Origin: Eledone cirrhosa
Taxonomy: Eukaryota
Length of the DNA stretch: 64,000 bases
Assembly (NCBI GenBank): GCA_964016885.1
Contig: OZ024743.1
Coordinates: forward strand, 163,308,001-163,372,000
Reading direction: 5' to 3'
The notes below the pieces were generated by a model that was not told where the DNA came from, did not search any database, and saw nothing but the letters and a program-made list of their open reading frames with translations. A program made the position numbers and the translations under genes. Of this stretch, positions 1-14,291 are shown in pieces. Numbering within the stretch: position 1 is the first letter of the stretch; every line of letters begins with the position of its first letter.

Positions 1-16
1 ACACACACACACACAC

Positions 17-127
<111 letters not shown>

Positions 128-398
128 GAAAATATCTGTGTATCATCAAACGTTGTACACACAGATTTTTTTCAAGTTCCAATTCAGTTCTAGCACGTGG
201 CCTGAATTCCTTTTAGAATTCATTGTCCTGCGCATGTATTGTTTTTTTTGGCGGTAATTTACTTCCTCCTTTTTGAATCAATTTGAGTATTTCTTTAGAA
301 CTGCTGGAGTAGCAACCTAACAGATACCTCAGACACTGATGGTGATTATCGCTAAATACTGATATTGGTTAGATTATCAATATTAGGATTAATGGGCA

Positions 399-524
399 CC
401 CACTGATGAATTATAATAGCCCACTTGAATATATATCTGTTGATCTTATACAATCTTATACAAGATTGGTATAATTTCACCTAAATTGTAGGAATCTTAT
501 AATGAAACGAGACGTCCGTCTGGG
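399..524 (+). ncRNA. Candidate type I hammerhead ribozyme with a long stem II insertion
   Basis: ccca CTGATGA attataa ...~80 nt... ttataat GAAA cg agacgtc cGTC tggg: stem I ccca/tggg, stem II attataa/ttataat, stem III acg/cgt, GUC cleavage triplet. Confidence 0.6.
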
Positions 525-554
525 AAGAGATATGTTCGATATGTCTCATATGAA

Positions 555-740
555 ATAATTGTTTCTACTTTAGGCACAAGGCCAGCAATTACCCAGTACA
601 TTACTGGTACTTTATTTTATCGACCCCGTAAGGATGAAAGGCAAAGTTAACCTCGGCGGGATTTGAACTCAGAATGGCAAGGGCCGTAACTCTATGCGTC
701 AAAGCATGGTGTCTGACCCTCTACCGATACGGCCAATCCA
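555..740 (-). mobile_element. tRNA-derived Nin-domain SINE
   Basis: B box gagttcaaatcc, Nin-like gcctttcatccttacggggtcgataaa, tail agaaacaattat; 13-bp TSD catatgaaataat at 547-559 and 739-751. Confidence 0.85.
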
Positions 741-886
741 TATGAAATAATACAGCCAATTTTCCACACAATACATTTAGTTAGCACCCCGAACGCTTAA
801 TTGGGAATATACTCACTTATTTCCTAATGTTTGTTGAGTGAGTTGGAATTTGGCCGGAGTATCGCTAAAAGCTTTCTCCGATAATG

Positions 887-921
<35 letters not shown>

Positions 922-923
<2 letters not shown>

Positions 924-1850
924 TCTGAAAGTACTGTAGCTAGAGTCAGAACTGGTTGGAAAAAGTTCAGAGAGCTTATACCACTATTAGCTGCTAAAGG
1001 GTTCTCCCTAAGAATGAAAGGCAGGTTGTATGATGCCTGCATACGAACAGCAATGTTGCATGGCAGTGAGACCTGGGCATTGTGTGCAGAGGATATACGC
1101 AGACTAGAGAGGAACGAAGCTTGCATGCTCCGCTGGATGTGTAACAGTAATATACGTGAACGGCAAAGCATAAACGAACTAAGAAAAAAATTAGAGATAA
1201 GAGGGATCAGATGTTGTTTACTCGAGAGAAGGCTACGTTGGTATGGACACGTGATGCGCATGAAAGTCGATAGCTGTATAACAAAGTGCAGGGCAATAAA
1301 GATAGACGGTAGTCACGGAATAGGCAGACCTAGAAAAACCTGGGACGAGCTGATAAACTCCGACATCACACACTTACACCTCTCCAAGACAATGTCACTG
1401 GACCGAGACCTTTGGCGGTACTCAGTAACAGAGAAGACCCGCCTTACCTAAATATATAGTAAAACCTACTCCAGCCAGTAGGCATCTCTAACAAAATACA
1501 CCCCGTCCCCCCACCACCACCCCCACCCCATCCACACCACCCCGTTCTATGTAAAGTTATGTTGGTGCCGCGCCATCGAGGCCGAAACAAATGAGATCGT
1601 GTAGGTGTCACGACAAAAAAACACACAGTCCACGCTGTAATGTGGCCGTGTAGGCAACACGGTAAAAACCTCCCAGACCCACACTGTAAATGTGGTTGGT
1701 GTTAGGAAGGGCATCCAACTGTAGAAAACCTGCCAGACAGTCCTATGCGAGCAAGACAATCACTCTTGCCTCAAGTGGGACTACCCCCGTCCAAACCCAT
1801 GCAAGCGTGGAACACGGACGTTAAACGTTGATGATGATGATGATGATGAT
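922..1850 (+). mobile_element. RTE LINE 3' fragment
   Basis: [20 protein letters not shown]...[12 protein letters not shown]...GRPRKTW; 3' UTR ending cgttaaacg(ttg)(atg)n. Confidence 0.9.
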
Positions 1851-2821
1851 ATAATTTTTGAAAAAATATGTGTATACAGTCATATATCATCAGAGAATCA
1901 TATAGTTTTCTGTACATATATATAAAAAACATATAATATTTTGGAAACACCGTGTGTTTTAAGGTGGAAAAATAAAAATTCCTTACGGTGTTGTTTCATA
2001 GCTCTTAGAACTGGATTGAAAATCGATCTAAGTAAGCAATTATCGATTACCAAATATTTATTTTGGTACAACTCCAGGAGATGTGGAACTAATTGTCAGA
2101 GGAAATCGTCTCATTATAAGATCAATAAAATACAAAATACCTTTATATCTGTCATGTTCAGAGACATAGTCAATCCAGAAAACATGAGGTGAATTTATAT
2201 TTAACAGTGATGGTAGATATAAATAGGACTGGACATCGTGCTTGCTAGAAATATATGCGATGTACCAGTCACAGCACAAGCAGCTCAACAAATTAAGAAT
2301 TTGGAGCAGATATATACTAATTATTGATGCACTCAAGGTTTTTCCCCAAAATAAAGGTACTGATTTTCCTATATACGACATGGTAATGCAGCACCTCATT
2401 GATAAGCATGTTGGTTATGACTTTGGCTGCATGTACATACTTGTTTCAACATGATCGATTGAGTCAGTCGTGGGTTATTGCTGTTTATGTACAGACATGT
2501 TTATAACTGTTATGTTTGCGAAGCAGGGAAATTTTGAACAACAGTACATGATCAAATTTTGTGTAAAACTCAACAAATCTGCCACCAAAACATTTAATTC
2601 TTTAATTCAAGCTTAGGGAGATGCCACTCTATTGAGAAATAAAGTTTTTAAGTGGCACAAAGCTTTCAAAGAGGACCGAGAAAATGTTGAAGACAAACCT
2701 TGTTCTAGAAGGCCAATCTGGTCAAGAAATGAACAAAATATGAAAGTGATGCAAGCAGTGATAGTGAAAGATCGGCAATTAAGCGTTAGGATCACTGCAG
2801 AAGAAACATGCTTGGATAAAA

Positions 2822-3159
2822 CATACAGTATATTGCCAAATATACTATACATACATTCATGTATACATCACTATTTCAGAGCACCAATCCTAATACCTAA
2901 TTTTTGCTGGACCGTCCATTGCTCTGTATAATCAGATTATTACTGGAATTCTATAAGAATCCAGCTTCTATAATTTTTGGTGGAAGCAGGGAGTGTGTGG
3001 CTCTGATGACCGCCAACCAGCGTGAAACAGACTGTTAGCTTCTCTCCTTTCTTTCGCCAAAAAGAAGTGACATAGTTACTACTTTAAAACCGACAGCGTA
3101 TGGTCTTCAAAATGTTTTTCATTAAACATACAGTATATTGCCAAATATACTATACATAC
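2822..3159 (+). mobile_element. Retrozyme-like / non-autonomous PLE insertion (305-bp monomer plus terminal redundancy)
   Basis: 38-bp direct repeat at 2819-2856 and 3124-3161, internal hammerhead; removing the insert restores the mariner frame LDKNAVHRIL. Confidence 0.75.
2999..3040 (+). ncRNA. Type I hammerhead ribozyme inside a 305-bp retrozyme-like unit
   Basis: ggct CTGATGA c cgc caacca gcg t GAAA cag a ctGTT agct; stem III is near-palindromic acag-a-ctgt; stem I can extend (agggag/ttctct) across a tgtgt bulge. Confidence 0.8.
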
Positions 3160-3673
3160 ATGCAGTTCACAGAATTTTAACAGACCTTTTGCATATGCAA
3201 AAGATTTATGCAAAACTAATGCCCAGGAACTTGTCTGTGGAGCAAAATGTGAACCAGTTGGAAATTTGTCAAGATTTGCTAGAAGGACTCAAAATTGAGC
3301 TAAATTTCTTGGATGAGAGAATAACATGATGTCTTGGAACGAGAGTTTCTGGCAAAGAAAAACATTCCCACTTTTCCACATCATCTCTGCAGCTCAGATC
3401 TAGCTGTCTGATTTCTACTTCTTTCCAAAGTTGAAATCGAAATTGAAGGGTCATCATTTTGAGATTGTGGAACACACACAAAAACTTGTAACCCATGTGC
3501 TAAGGAGACTCACAGAAAATGACTTCTGGTACTGGTAATGGAAAAAACCATGGAACCACTGTGTGACTTCCCAATGGACATATTTTGAAGGAGATATCTT
3601 GTAATTTCATGTACATCTAATATACATTTAAATAAAACATCAGTACCCTTACTTTTGGGACAAACCTCTTATA

Positions 3674-5990
3674 TATCATCATCATCATCATCATCATAGT
3701 TTTTATGTCCATCTTTCCACACTTGCATGGGTTGGATGGGTCCTTCTCAGCATAGCATCTCTCTCTCCACTGGTTATGTTCCCTTATCATCTCCTCTATC
3801 ACTCTTAGTGATTTGAGGTCAGCTCTCACAACCTCTGCCCAGGTCTTTCTTGGTCATCCTCTAATGCAGCTTCCTACCAGTGGGATTTCTTGGCATTTCT
3901 TCACCCATTGGTCCTTGTCCATGCATATCACATGTCCATACCAATGCAGTCTTCTCTCTTGCACACCACCTTGGATTCCTCATAAACCTAGCTTCTCCCT
4001 CAGCTCATCCATGTTCTGCCTTTCTCTCATATTTACATTGCACATCCAATGAAGCATGGTTGCTTCATTTCTCTCCAGTCTATGCAAGTACTCTGCAGTC
4101 ACAGCCCATGTTTCACTACCATGCAGCATCACATTCTGCACACAGGCATCATATCATGCAGCTGTCCTTTTGTGGTCAACTGTGGGAGTAATTCTCAGAA
4201 TTTCTTCCATCCTATCCTTATTACACTCTCAGCATACCCTCCTCCACTGTTAATTAAGACACCTAGATAGCAGAAGCTATCAACCATGTCTATGGATCCT
4301 TCCTGTGACTAGAAAAGGTTTATATCATTGGCACTCTTCCTCTTGATTTCTCCTGTGCATCTTCTACAAGCAAAGTTCTCCCTTGCAGTTAGTCTACTCG
4401 TTATCTCACATCTTTTGTGTACCCAAGATTTACGTTATTTACATTGTATGGAGTTTATGCCCACACCTCTTCTACATATTGAGCATGGCCACATCCCTGA
4501 AAGAATCTGGGTCTTATCTTCTTTCCTAGTCATTAGCACTTTAGTTTTAGCTAAGTTTACTCTCAGACTGTTTGATTCCAAATTCAGTTTCCATAATCAA
4601 AATTTATTTTCTAGTTCTATTTCGGTTTCAGTTATAAGGACCAAATGGTCTGCTTAGAGAAGCTCCTTTGGGCAGCCCATTTTAAACTCCTGTTATGGCC
4701 TGAAGAACTAAGGTGAACAGCAGTGGGCTAAGAACTGAACCCTGATGAACTCCTACCTGTACATTGAATTCCTCACTAAACTCATTTCCTACTCTCACTT
4801 TACTGAACCATTTTTCTACACCTAATTTCCTTAAGGACCACCAGATAATAGATTGAGGTACTCTGTCAAAGGCCTTTTCTAGATCAACAAAAGCTAAATA
4901 TAGTGGCTTTTTTTGGCTAGAAACTTTTCTTCTACTACTTTTTCCAGACATGAAACAAAAATGCATCTCATCTATTTTGGCTCTTTCCCTAATTAGCTGT
5001 GCTATAACTCTTTCTGTCACTTTCATAACCTGGTCCATTGGTTTTATTTCTCTATAGTTGCTCCTTTCTAGAGCATCACCTTTGCCCTTATAGCAATTTA
5101 TGATAGTACTGCTGCACCAGTCATTGGGTATGACTATGTTGTGTATTACCTGATTTACTATATGGGTTACTAGTTTGACTCCTACCTCTCCTGATGCTTT
5201 TACTATCTCAGCAAATATTTTTGATGGTCCTACAGCTTTATCGTTCTTCATTTCCTTGATTGTGTCTTTAACCCTAAAACTGTCAACTTTAATAGCTGGT
5301 CCTTTCTTTGGGAAAGTTGGGAGTAGTCTCTTTTCCTCCCATTTATTCTCTACATTCATCAATCTCACATAGTAACATTTCCAGACCTCTTTTTTGTGGT
5401 ATCAGTGGTGCACCAGTATCATTTGAAACACATTTTTCCCAACAACATCTCGATTCACATTAACACACTGCCTTGCAATATGGAACACTTCACGTCTATA
5501 GTCTTCAGGTCTCAAGACATTGGCAAATTTACTTTGTTTTGCCTCTTTAGGCAAATTTACTTTGCCTAGCTTCTTAGCTACCCGGTACTGCTACCCGGTA
5601 CTGCTACCCTCATTTTTCCAGTCTTTGGCTTTAATAGCTCTATCTACTGTGTTGTTCCACTACCAGGTCACCCTCTGTCTGGGTGGTACACTACTCCAGC
5701 CACAAGTCTTGCCAGTAATTTGCAAAAGGTTGTTGTGTAAGAATTTCCAGTTGTCCTCTACATTGTATGTATCTAGCGCATCATTCCTTTCATTAAGTGA
5801 ATCCCATAGGGCCTTTCTAAACCTATATTTAACCGAGTGGTCCTTTAGTTTCCAAATCCTCCATATTTCCATATTTTCCTGCATGTCTTGTTCTGTTTAG
5901 CGTTTATTTTGATGTCATTTATAACCAACTTGTGCTGGGCAGTGTATTCTTCCCCAGGGAAAGCCTTGGTATTTAAAATAGTCCATTTAT
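3674..5990 (-). mobile_element. RTE LINE fragment with RT
   Basis: AFVDLEKAFDRVP, VGVHQGSVLSPLLF; (cat)n tail at 3674. Confidence 0.9.
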
Positions 5991-6058
5991 CTCTTTATCC
6001 CGCATCAAATGGAACAAAACCGTCTAACCCATGCTAGCGTGGAAGATAGATATTAAAC

Positions 6059-6097
<39 letters not shown>

Positions 6098-6823
6098 ATA
6101 TATATATATATATATATTGGTAAAAGGAAAAGAAAATGCTGACAAATTGTTCCCAGTGAAAAATAGTTTAATTAGGAATAAGTAAAAATTAGTAATAAGT
6201 ATTGGTTAATATTCAGTTTTAGTTTTAAGTTTTTACCGGTTGCGCATTTCTATATATATATATATATATATAAACGTTAGAATATGTGTAATAAGGCGAA
6301 GACAATGCAGATATGGACATAGAAAAAAGAATGCAATAGTGAAAGATATTGATGTGAATTCGTCTTTCACCTTGAATTTATTTAAATGTCCTTAATTTTC
6401 AAGATATCTCTTCTTCGGAGGGAAGTAAAGGTCTCAGACCAGCGTCTTTAAATCTCTAATGAAGCCATGCTGACCGGAAATAGTATAGAGTATCTGTTCT
6501 AACTTTAATATCAAAGAATTAAAATTAGGTGGATAAAGAGAAGTCCCCCTTTAAGAGGGGTTTGTTTATGTTTTGTTTTTGTTTTTGTATTGTTTTTTTA
6601 AATTTTAAATGCGTGCCTGTATATGTGTGTGGGAGAATGCATGAAGGTGTAGGTATGTGTGTGTGTGTGTGTGAGTGTGGGAAGATAGGTCTAATCGTAA
6701 AAGTGGGGGGTAGGTGTTATCTGGTGTTAGAACTGGTTTTGTGTGTGTATGTGTGAGAGAGAATAAGTGGAGGTGTGCGCGTGCGTGTGTGTGGGGTGTG
6801 TAAAAATGGGGCTAGAGGCCCTA

Positions 6824-7455
6824 TCAGGTTATAAATTGGGTGTTGAGCTCTAGTCTATTATTGATTGGTGGATGTGTTCTATCTATAATAAGTGCTTCCT
6901 TGATTCTAAGATTGCCGAGGTTTCTTTCCTTAGTTTCTATCCTAACTGTTATGTTTTTATCGGTGTTTTTGCATTTAACTAGGTGTTTCTTAAATGAGGA
7001 AGCGTTAGTATTGAGGTGTTCTTTTATTCTTATGTGGAGTGGTCTGGTGGTGCTACCTACGTAGAAGTTGTTGCATTTGTCACACTCTAGTCTGTAGACT
7101 ACGTAAGCCTGGTGGCATAGGTCTGTGTCGTTGATGGGGCAGTTGGCTAGTCTGCAGCAGTTGTCATGTCTGGTGGAGTGTCTCTTAGCCAGCCGTCCGC
7201 GCAAAGAAGGACCCGAATGGGCCAGTTGAATATCCAGACCCTCTCGTTTGATGGCTCTGCGGATGGCTGTTGTTGTTTCTTCACTGAAGTGTGGGAGCTT
7301 CAGGAAGCAAGTGTTAGTGCCTCGGGTGTGGTGTCCTCTGTTCTTTCTGGCACGGTTTGTGGTGGATGTCGTGTATCCGTTCAGTTTGAGTACTTCCAGG
7401 AAATGTGTGGTGTGTGTGTCTCGGTCTCTGGCGTCGGTGCATTTATTCTTGTAAC
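6824..7455 (-). mobile_element. Penelope-like element, GIY-YIG endonuclease end
   Basis: YVVYRLECDKCNNFYVGSTTRPLHIRIKEH...LRIKEALII...PPIN; non-coding 3' region probably continues to ~6120. Confidence 0.88.
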
Positions 7456-7485
7456 CTCCTCCATATATATATATATTCAAATATA

Positions 7486-7701
7486 AAGGGTGAGCATAAA
7501 GGTTTTCCCTGATTGTAAAATATCATATCTCAGATACTATTTGAGATTTTACTTTTTCATTGTTTTAAGTTTAAAGTTTTTCTGAACATGTTTTACATCT
7601 TCTCTTCTACAGGAGGTAGTTGTAATTTTCAGTAACAAAATGGCATCTATGAAACAAAAAGCTCAGAGTATTTTGTGGTTTCAAAGACTTTATGCTCACC
7701 C

Positions 7702-7703
<2 letters not shown>
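7486..7703 (+). mobile_element. Tc1/mariner-derived MITE
   Basis: 15-bp TIRs agggtgagcataaag (7487-7501) / ctttatgctcaccct (7688-7702); remnant transposase start MASMKQKAQSILWF. Confidence 0.7.
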
Positions 7704-7748
<45 letters not shown>

Positions 7749-7930
7749 TATATTTGGGGAAGGTCCTATTGTTATAATATTTCCAGAAATAATTATAGAA
7801 CACACTTACTGTTTGGTTTGGATTGGTTTTTGCTTCTGTATCTTTTATATCTCCATTGTTAATTTATCTGGCAATCAATGTTTATCATTGAATGACCAAC
7901 GGTTAAAAATACAGATATAAATATATATAT

Positions 7931-7984
7931 ATAGTCTATCAAAGTTCTTTCGTCACACATCTGTGACATCATCAATGGTACTAT
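7931..7984 (-). ncRNA. Decayed hammerhead ribozyme at the 3' end of a PLE
   Basis: Minus: atagtacca TTGATGA t gtcaca gatg tgtgac GAAA gaac TT tgatagactat; C3 is mutated to T and stem I is imperfect. Confidence 0.6.
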
Positions 7985-9485
7985 TATATTTCCTCCCATT
8001 GTATTGTAAAGCCTATACCATTTTTATTTTTTTTATTTATTTATTTATTCTTGTCTCTGTTTGCGTATGCATTTGCGTGTTTCCTGTTTGGTGTTTGTGT
8101 TTGAGTGTATGTGTTTTTTGTATTCCATCTTTGTTCATTAGTGTGTGTTTGTGTGTTTGTTGTTATTGTACTTGTGTATATATTTATTTATATTTCCCTT
8201 AGGTCAGTATTGTTTGTTTGGGTATGGTTTTTGTTCTTATTATTCCATTTGTTTTTTCTGTTCAACTTTGGTTTTCTTAGTTCTATCTCAGTTGCTTCTC
8301 TGATTTGCCTACCTGTTGAGTCATTTCTATGCTTAGATATTATTTTAATTTCTATGTTGTCTATATTACTGTCATCTCTTTGTCTGGTGTGTTCATATAG
8401 TACTGAACCATTTTTTTTGTCCTTTTAGTTTCCCCCGGTGTTAGTCTATTCTTTCTTCTATGCTTCGAGCTGTCTCACCTATGTATGTTATTATCATGTT
8501 TCTGCAAGTACCCACTGTACATCTTATACCGTAAACTACATTTCTAGTTTTACAATTTATCTGGGGGTTCATTCTACATATAACACATTTCTTATTTGTA
8601 CAGTGGGTTTTCTTAAAGGGGTATGTCTTGCTGATCAGCGATTTTATGGTAGTTCTTGGCTTTTCTACCACTTTAATCTTTATATGGATATTTCTTAGGG
8701 CCTTTCTATATTGCTTAGCTAATTTACCTCCAGGGGTAGCATCCACGAACCTGTCACTCTGGTATCTCTGGTTGTTTTACCATGAAGTGGCTTTTCCTAT
8801 CTTATGTTTAGTCCTATCTAAGCTATTCCATGATTTGCTCCTGTATAATGGGCAAATTCCTTTCATGTCTATTTCTATGAGGGTCTTATATTTCTCCGTG
8901 GCTCTTTTGTATACTCTGATTCTGTCTTTTTGGCTGTAGCCAGAGAACTGCATGGGGTTGATGAAGAGTTGGATGTGTCTTTCCATTTCAGTTGGGTCGC
9001 ACATGCGGGAAACATTCTTCATCACTCTTACCAAGTCTGTGATCAGAATATTAAACTTAGCACTATTGGACATTGCTGAGTTTTTGAGTATCAGGTATTT
9101 AGAGGCCATGGGTTTAGCATAGTGTGAATGGAGAATTTTGGCCTTCTCGTTTATACCGTTTAACCAGAGTTCCATGTCTAATACTGGTAGTCTATTGTTA
9201 GGGTGTTTGGAAAGGTAGTCAATGGTTACAGTTATACTCTGGTGTATGGAGTTAGCTATCTGCTAAATGCTCACCATTGTGCTATTTTCTAGTTCAGGTT
9301 TATTGGTACTCTCTTGTGGGGGTGTTCTTATTACTATATTAATATCGTCTACATAATGAGAGTTTATGACGAGGGCTATGGAGTTCTCTTCTAGGAGTTC
9401 TCTGAGTCTCCTTTCCCAAGATACCATAAATAGATTGGCAACATCGCTAGCTATGCTGACACCAATAGCTGCTCCATCCATTCAA
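7931..9485 (-). mobile_element. Decayed Penelope-like element (RT, GIY-YIG, 3' hammerhead)
   Basis: GAAIGVS...ANLFM, YVDD, LPVLD-type motif; NVVYGIRC...YIGETARSIEERI. Confidence 0.85.
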
Positions 9486-9569
9486 TCTTCCTATGGGACT
9501 CTTTTTAGCCATATATATGTATATATATATTTGTGCATATATACACACACTCACACATATATATATATA

Positions 9570-10499
9570 TGACAAAAAAGGCAGTGCTTCAATTTGAGCA
9601 GCGCATAGCAACCAGCCCTGACAGTAAGGTGTTCTGGAAGTATGTTCACTCAAAGAAGAGGCCTCACTCTCCAGTTGGTCCTCTTCACAATCCCCACACA
9701 AGCCAGGTTACTGACGACCCCAACGAATGCGCAGAGCTCATTGCTGAATGCTATGCAGGCATTTTCACTATTGAAGACCAGAGTGTACCGTCTCCACCAC
9801 CTATGACACCGGACTCTATTACAACTATGGAATTTACACCTGCAATGCTGTGATGTCACCTAAAAAATAAATGCACCCATGCTTCTCCTGGTCTTGATGG
9901 TGTTACGTACCTGCTTCTCAAACGTGGTGGGTACTTCCTTCTGCACCAGCTATCACTCTTCTTTCAATTCTGTCTGAACAATGGTGCTACTCCAGAACAG
10001 TGGAAAACTGCCAGTGTCATTCCTCTGTTCAAAAAGGGTGACCACACATCATCTGTCAACTATCGTCCAGTCAGTCTTACTAGCTGCATTGCCAAACTGA
10101 TGGAATCCTGAAACACTTTGGAACTTCTGGCACTCTCAGTCTTATCCGGCCCTCGCAATTTGGATTTATCCCTAACTCCAGCTGCTGTGATCAAGTTATC
10201 GAGTTTCTTGACGGCATCACCCGGATCACTGACAGCGGCTTATGGGTAGATGTTGTTTACCTTTACTTTGCTAAACCTTTTAATTCTGTCCCACACAAAA
10301 GACTTATGGCAAAACTTTTTGCAATGGGTGTGAAGGATGATCTTTTTAACTGATTGAAGTCCTTCATTCTCAGTCAAAGAGAGGTAGTCACAGTTCTAGG
10401 ACAGCATTCATCACCATATGAGATGTCATCTGGTGTACCACAGGGATCTGTTCTTGGTCCCCTTTTGTTTGTGGCATATATTAATGGAATAGATACCAA
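9570..10499 (+). mobile_element. CR1/Jockey-group LINE RT fragment
   Basis: NYRPVSLTS and SGVPQGSVLGPLLF motifs with stops and frameshifts; cut off at the 10500 insertion. Confidence 0.88.
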
Positions 10500-11810
<1,311 letters not shown>

Positions 11811-11849
11811 ATATATTTATATATATATATGAAAAGGGAGTAAGGTTCT

Positions 11850-13611
11850 ATTGCTGAATGCTATGCAAGCATTTTCACTGTTGAAGACCAAAGAGTACCA
11901 TCTCCAACACCTCTGACATCAGATTCTATTACAACTATGGAATTTACACCTGCAATGCTGCGACGTCACCTTAAAAATAAATGCACCCATGCTTCTCCTG
12001 GTCTTGATGGTATTACGTACCTGCTTTTCAAACATGGTGGGTACTTCCTTCTGCACCAGCTATCACTCTTCTTTCAATTCTGTCTGAACAATGGTGCTAC
12101 TCCGGAACAGTGGAAAACTGCCAGTGTCATTCCTCTGTTCAAAAAGGGTCACCGCACATCACCTGTGAACTATCGTCCAGTCAGTCTTACTAGTTGCATT
12201 GCCAAACTGATGGAATCCTGTGTCAGAGAAACACTTTGGAACTTCTGGAACTCTCACAGTCTTATCCGGCCCTCACAATTTGGATTTATCCCCAACTCCA
12301 GCTGCTGTGATCAACTTATCGAGTTTCTTGAAGACATCACCCGGATCACTGATGGCGGCTCATGGGTGGATGTTGTTTACCTTGACTTTGCGAAAGCCTT
12401 CAATTCTGTGCCACACAAAAGGCTTATGGCAAAACTCTCTGCAATGGGTGTGAAGGAGATCTTTTTAACTGGTTGAAGTCCTTCATTCTCAGTCAAAGAG
12501 AGGTAGTCACGGTTCTGGGACAGCATTCCTCACCATATGAGATGTCATCTGGTGTACCAGAGGGATCTGTTCTTGACCCCCTTTTGTTTGTGGCATATAT
12601 TAATGACATAGATGCCAACTTAAAGAATGCCACAGTACTAAAGTACGCAGATGACATCAAGCTGTACCTTGAGACAAAAAGGACAGATCCTGAACACTAT
12701 CGATCTTGCTTGCAGTCTGACCTGGACACAATGCAACAATGGATCTCAGACTGGCAACTTAAGCTAGCTGTGGACAAGTGCACCACCATGCATTTTGGGA
12801 GTAAAAACCCAGCGTCCACATACTCCCTCCACAGCACTAATATCAAGAAGTCTTCTTGTGAACGTGACCTGGGCATTACGGTCAGCAGCGATTTGCGTTG
12901 GACGAAGCACGTCTCTAAAATTGTCAAGAGGGCTGAGGGTGTCTTAGCATCACTCAGTAAGACCTTTGTCAGCCGCTCTCCGGCTATCTATTTAAGGCTG
13001 TACATGGCTATGGTGCGGCCACACTTAGAATTTGCATCACCAGTCTGGAACCCCTATCTTGCTCAGAACATTGACCGCCTGGAAACTGTTCAGAGACGTG
13101 CAACCAAGCAAATACCCTCCATCAGGCATCTACGATAATCTGAACGCCTTGCTTCCCTGGGCATGGATACATTGGAGCTCCGACGCCTGGCAACTGACTT
13201 GGTAAACACCCACAAAATTGTTAACCATCTTGCCAACAACAACCCTGAGTACCTTTTTGATTTCCATGTGTCTAACACACGTGGACATGCCCACAAAGTC
13301 AGAAAACAGCACAGTTCCCATAACTATCGGAAACATTTTTTCACGCTCAGAGTTGCTGAAGCATGGAACAAACTACCTGCATCGGTTGTTAGCTGTCGAG
13401 ACACTGCATCCTTTAAAACCTCCATGCTTCCCGAGATTCGCCAACACTACACCTAATGTTCCCCCTCCATACACATACACACATGTATATCACGACTCAT
13501 ACACTATTCACTTCCCTGACATTTGTATATTATTCTATGTACTATACATGCACTTTTGATGAGTTGTAGTGCACCTGAGCACTTTACACAATAATTTCAT
13601 TATTATTATTA
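11850..13611 (+). mobile_element. 5'-truncated CR1-group LINE
   Basis: YLDFAKAF, YADD, YMAMVRPHLEF, FFTLRVAEAWNKLP; 3' UTR ending in (att)n. Confidence 0.9.
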
Positions 13612-14208
13612 TATGTAATCTGAGTTTTTCGAATATTAATAACAATATTCAATTCATTTGCAATTATGCAAACAAGCCTCTTTTAAGCCATGTCAGTAGA
13701 ATGAGCCCCTCATTCTTTCTCTTGTGTTGGCATGGAAAAAGAACTGCATTGTATTCAGCCATGTAGAGTGATAACTTTTTGTTAGTTATTTGAATTTGGC
13801 AAAGCCGGCCATTAATCGGTCGTATACATGAAACTGACTGGCCTATCTGCTAATATGCAGATATGACTGATCAGCCAGTCTGCTAATATGCAGATCTGAC
13901 TGATCAGCCAGTCTGCTAATATGCAAATCAGGCCAAGCAGTCACTGTATATTTTAGAAAATGTCATATATTTTCACTAGCTCTGACAACTGCACGCATGA
14001 AGGGTAATCACCCAAAAACATTAGTGTCTGCAGTTCTGTTTACATGCCAACACAAGAGCAAGAATGAGGGGCTCATTCTACTGACATGGCTTAAAAGAGG
14101 CTTGTTTGCATAATTGCAAATGAATTGAATATTATTATTAATATTTGAAAAACTCAGATTACATTTATAGTATTCAGCCATATAGAGCGATAACTTTTTG
14201 TTAGTTAT
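13612..14208 (+). mobile_element. Retrozyme/PLE-like unit: 419-bp monomer with 39-bp terminal redundancy and an upstream inverted partial copy
   Basis: gtattcagcca...gttagttat at 13751-13789 and 14170-14208; 13612-13748 is the reverse complement of ~14028-14164; decayed hammerhead at ~13988-14035; related copy at ~61140-61410. Confidence 0.65.
13833..13930 (+). repeat. ~32-bp tandem repeat, three copies
   Basis: tgactgatcagccagtctgctaatatgcagat units. Confidence 0.85.
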
Positions 14209-14223
14209 GTATATATCTATATA

Positions 14224-14286
<63 letters not shown>

Positions 14287-14291
<5 letters not shown>

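Larger units (their letters stand above)
2335..3672 (+). mobile_element. Decayed mariner DNA transposon
   Basis: HTH fragment IKFCVKLNKSATK...VFKWHKAFKEDRENVEDKPCSRRP, then KIYAKLMPRNLS; degenerate TIRs at ~2336-2367 and ~3635-3670; stops and deletions. Confidence 0.85.

Noticed and set aside
6445-6492. ctaatga...gaaa tagta hammerhead-like string, and gaaatgcgca half motif at ~6235-6250 (minus)
   Set aside because: Core is mutated or missing and stem I does not pair convincingly
13833-13930. Regularly spaced ~32-bp repeats resembling a CRISPR array
   Set aside because: Contiguous tandem units with no unique spacers, eukaryotic context, no cas genes
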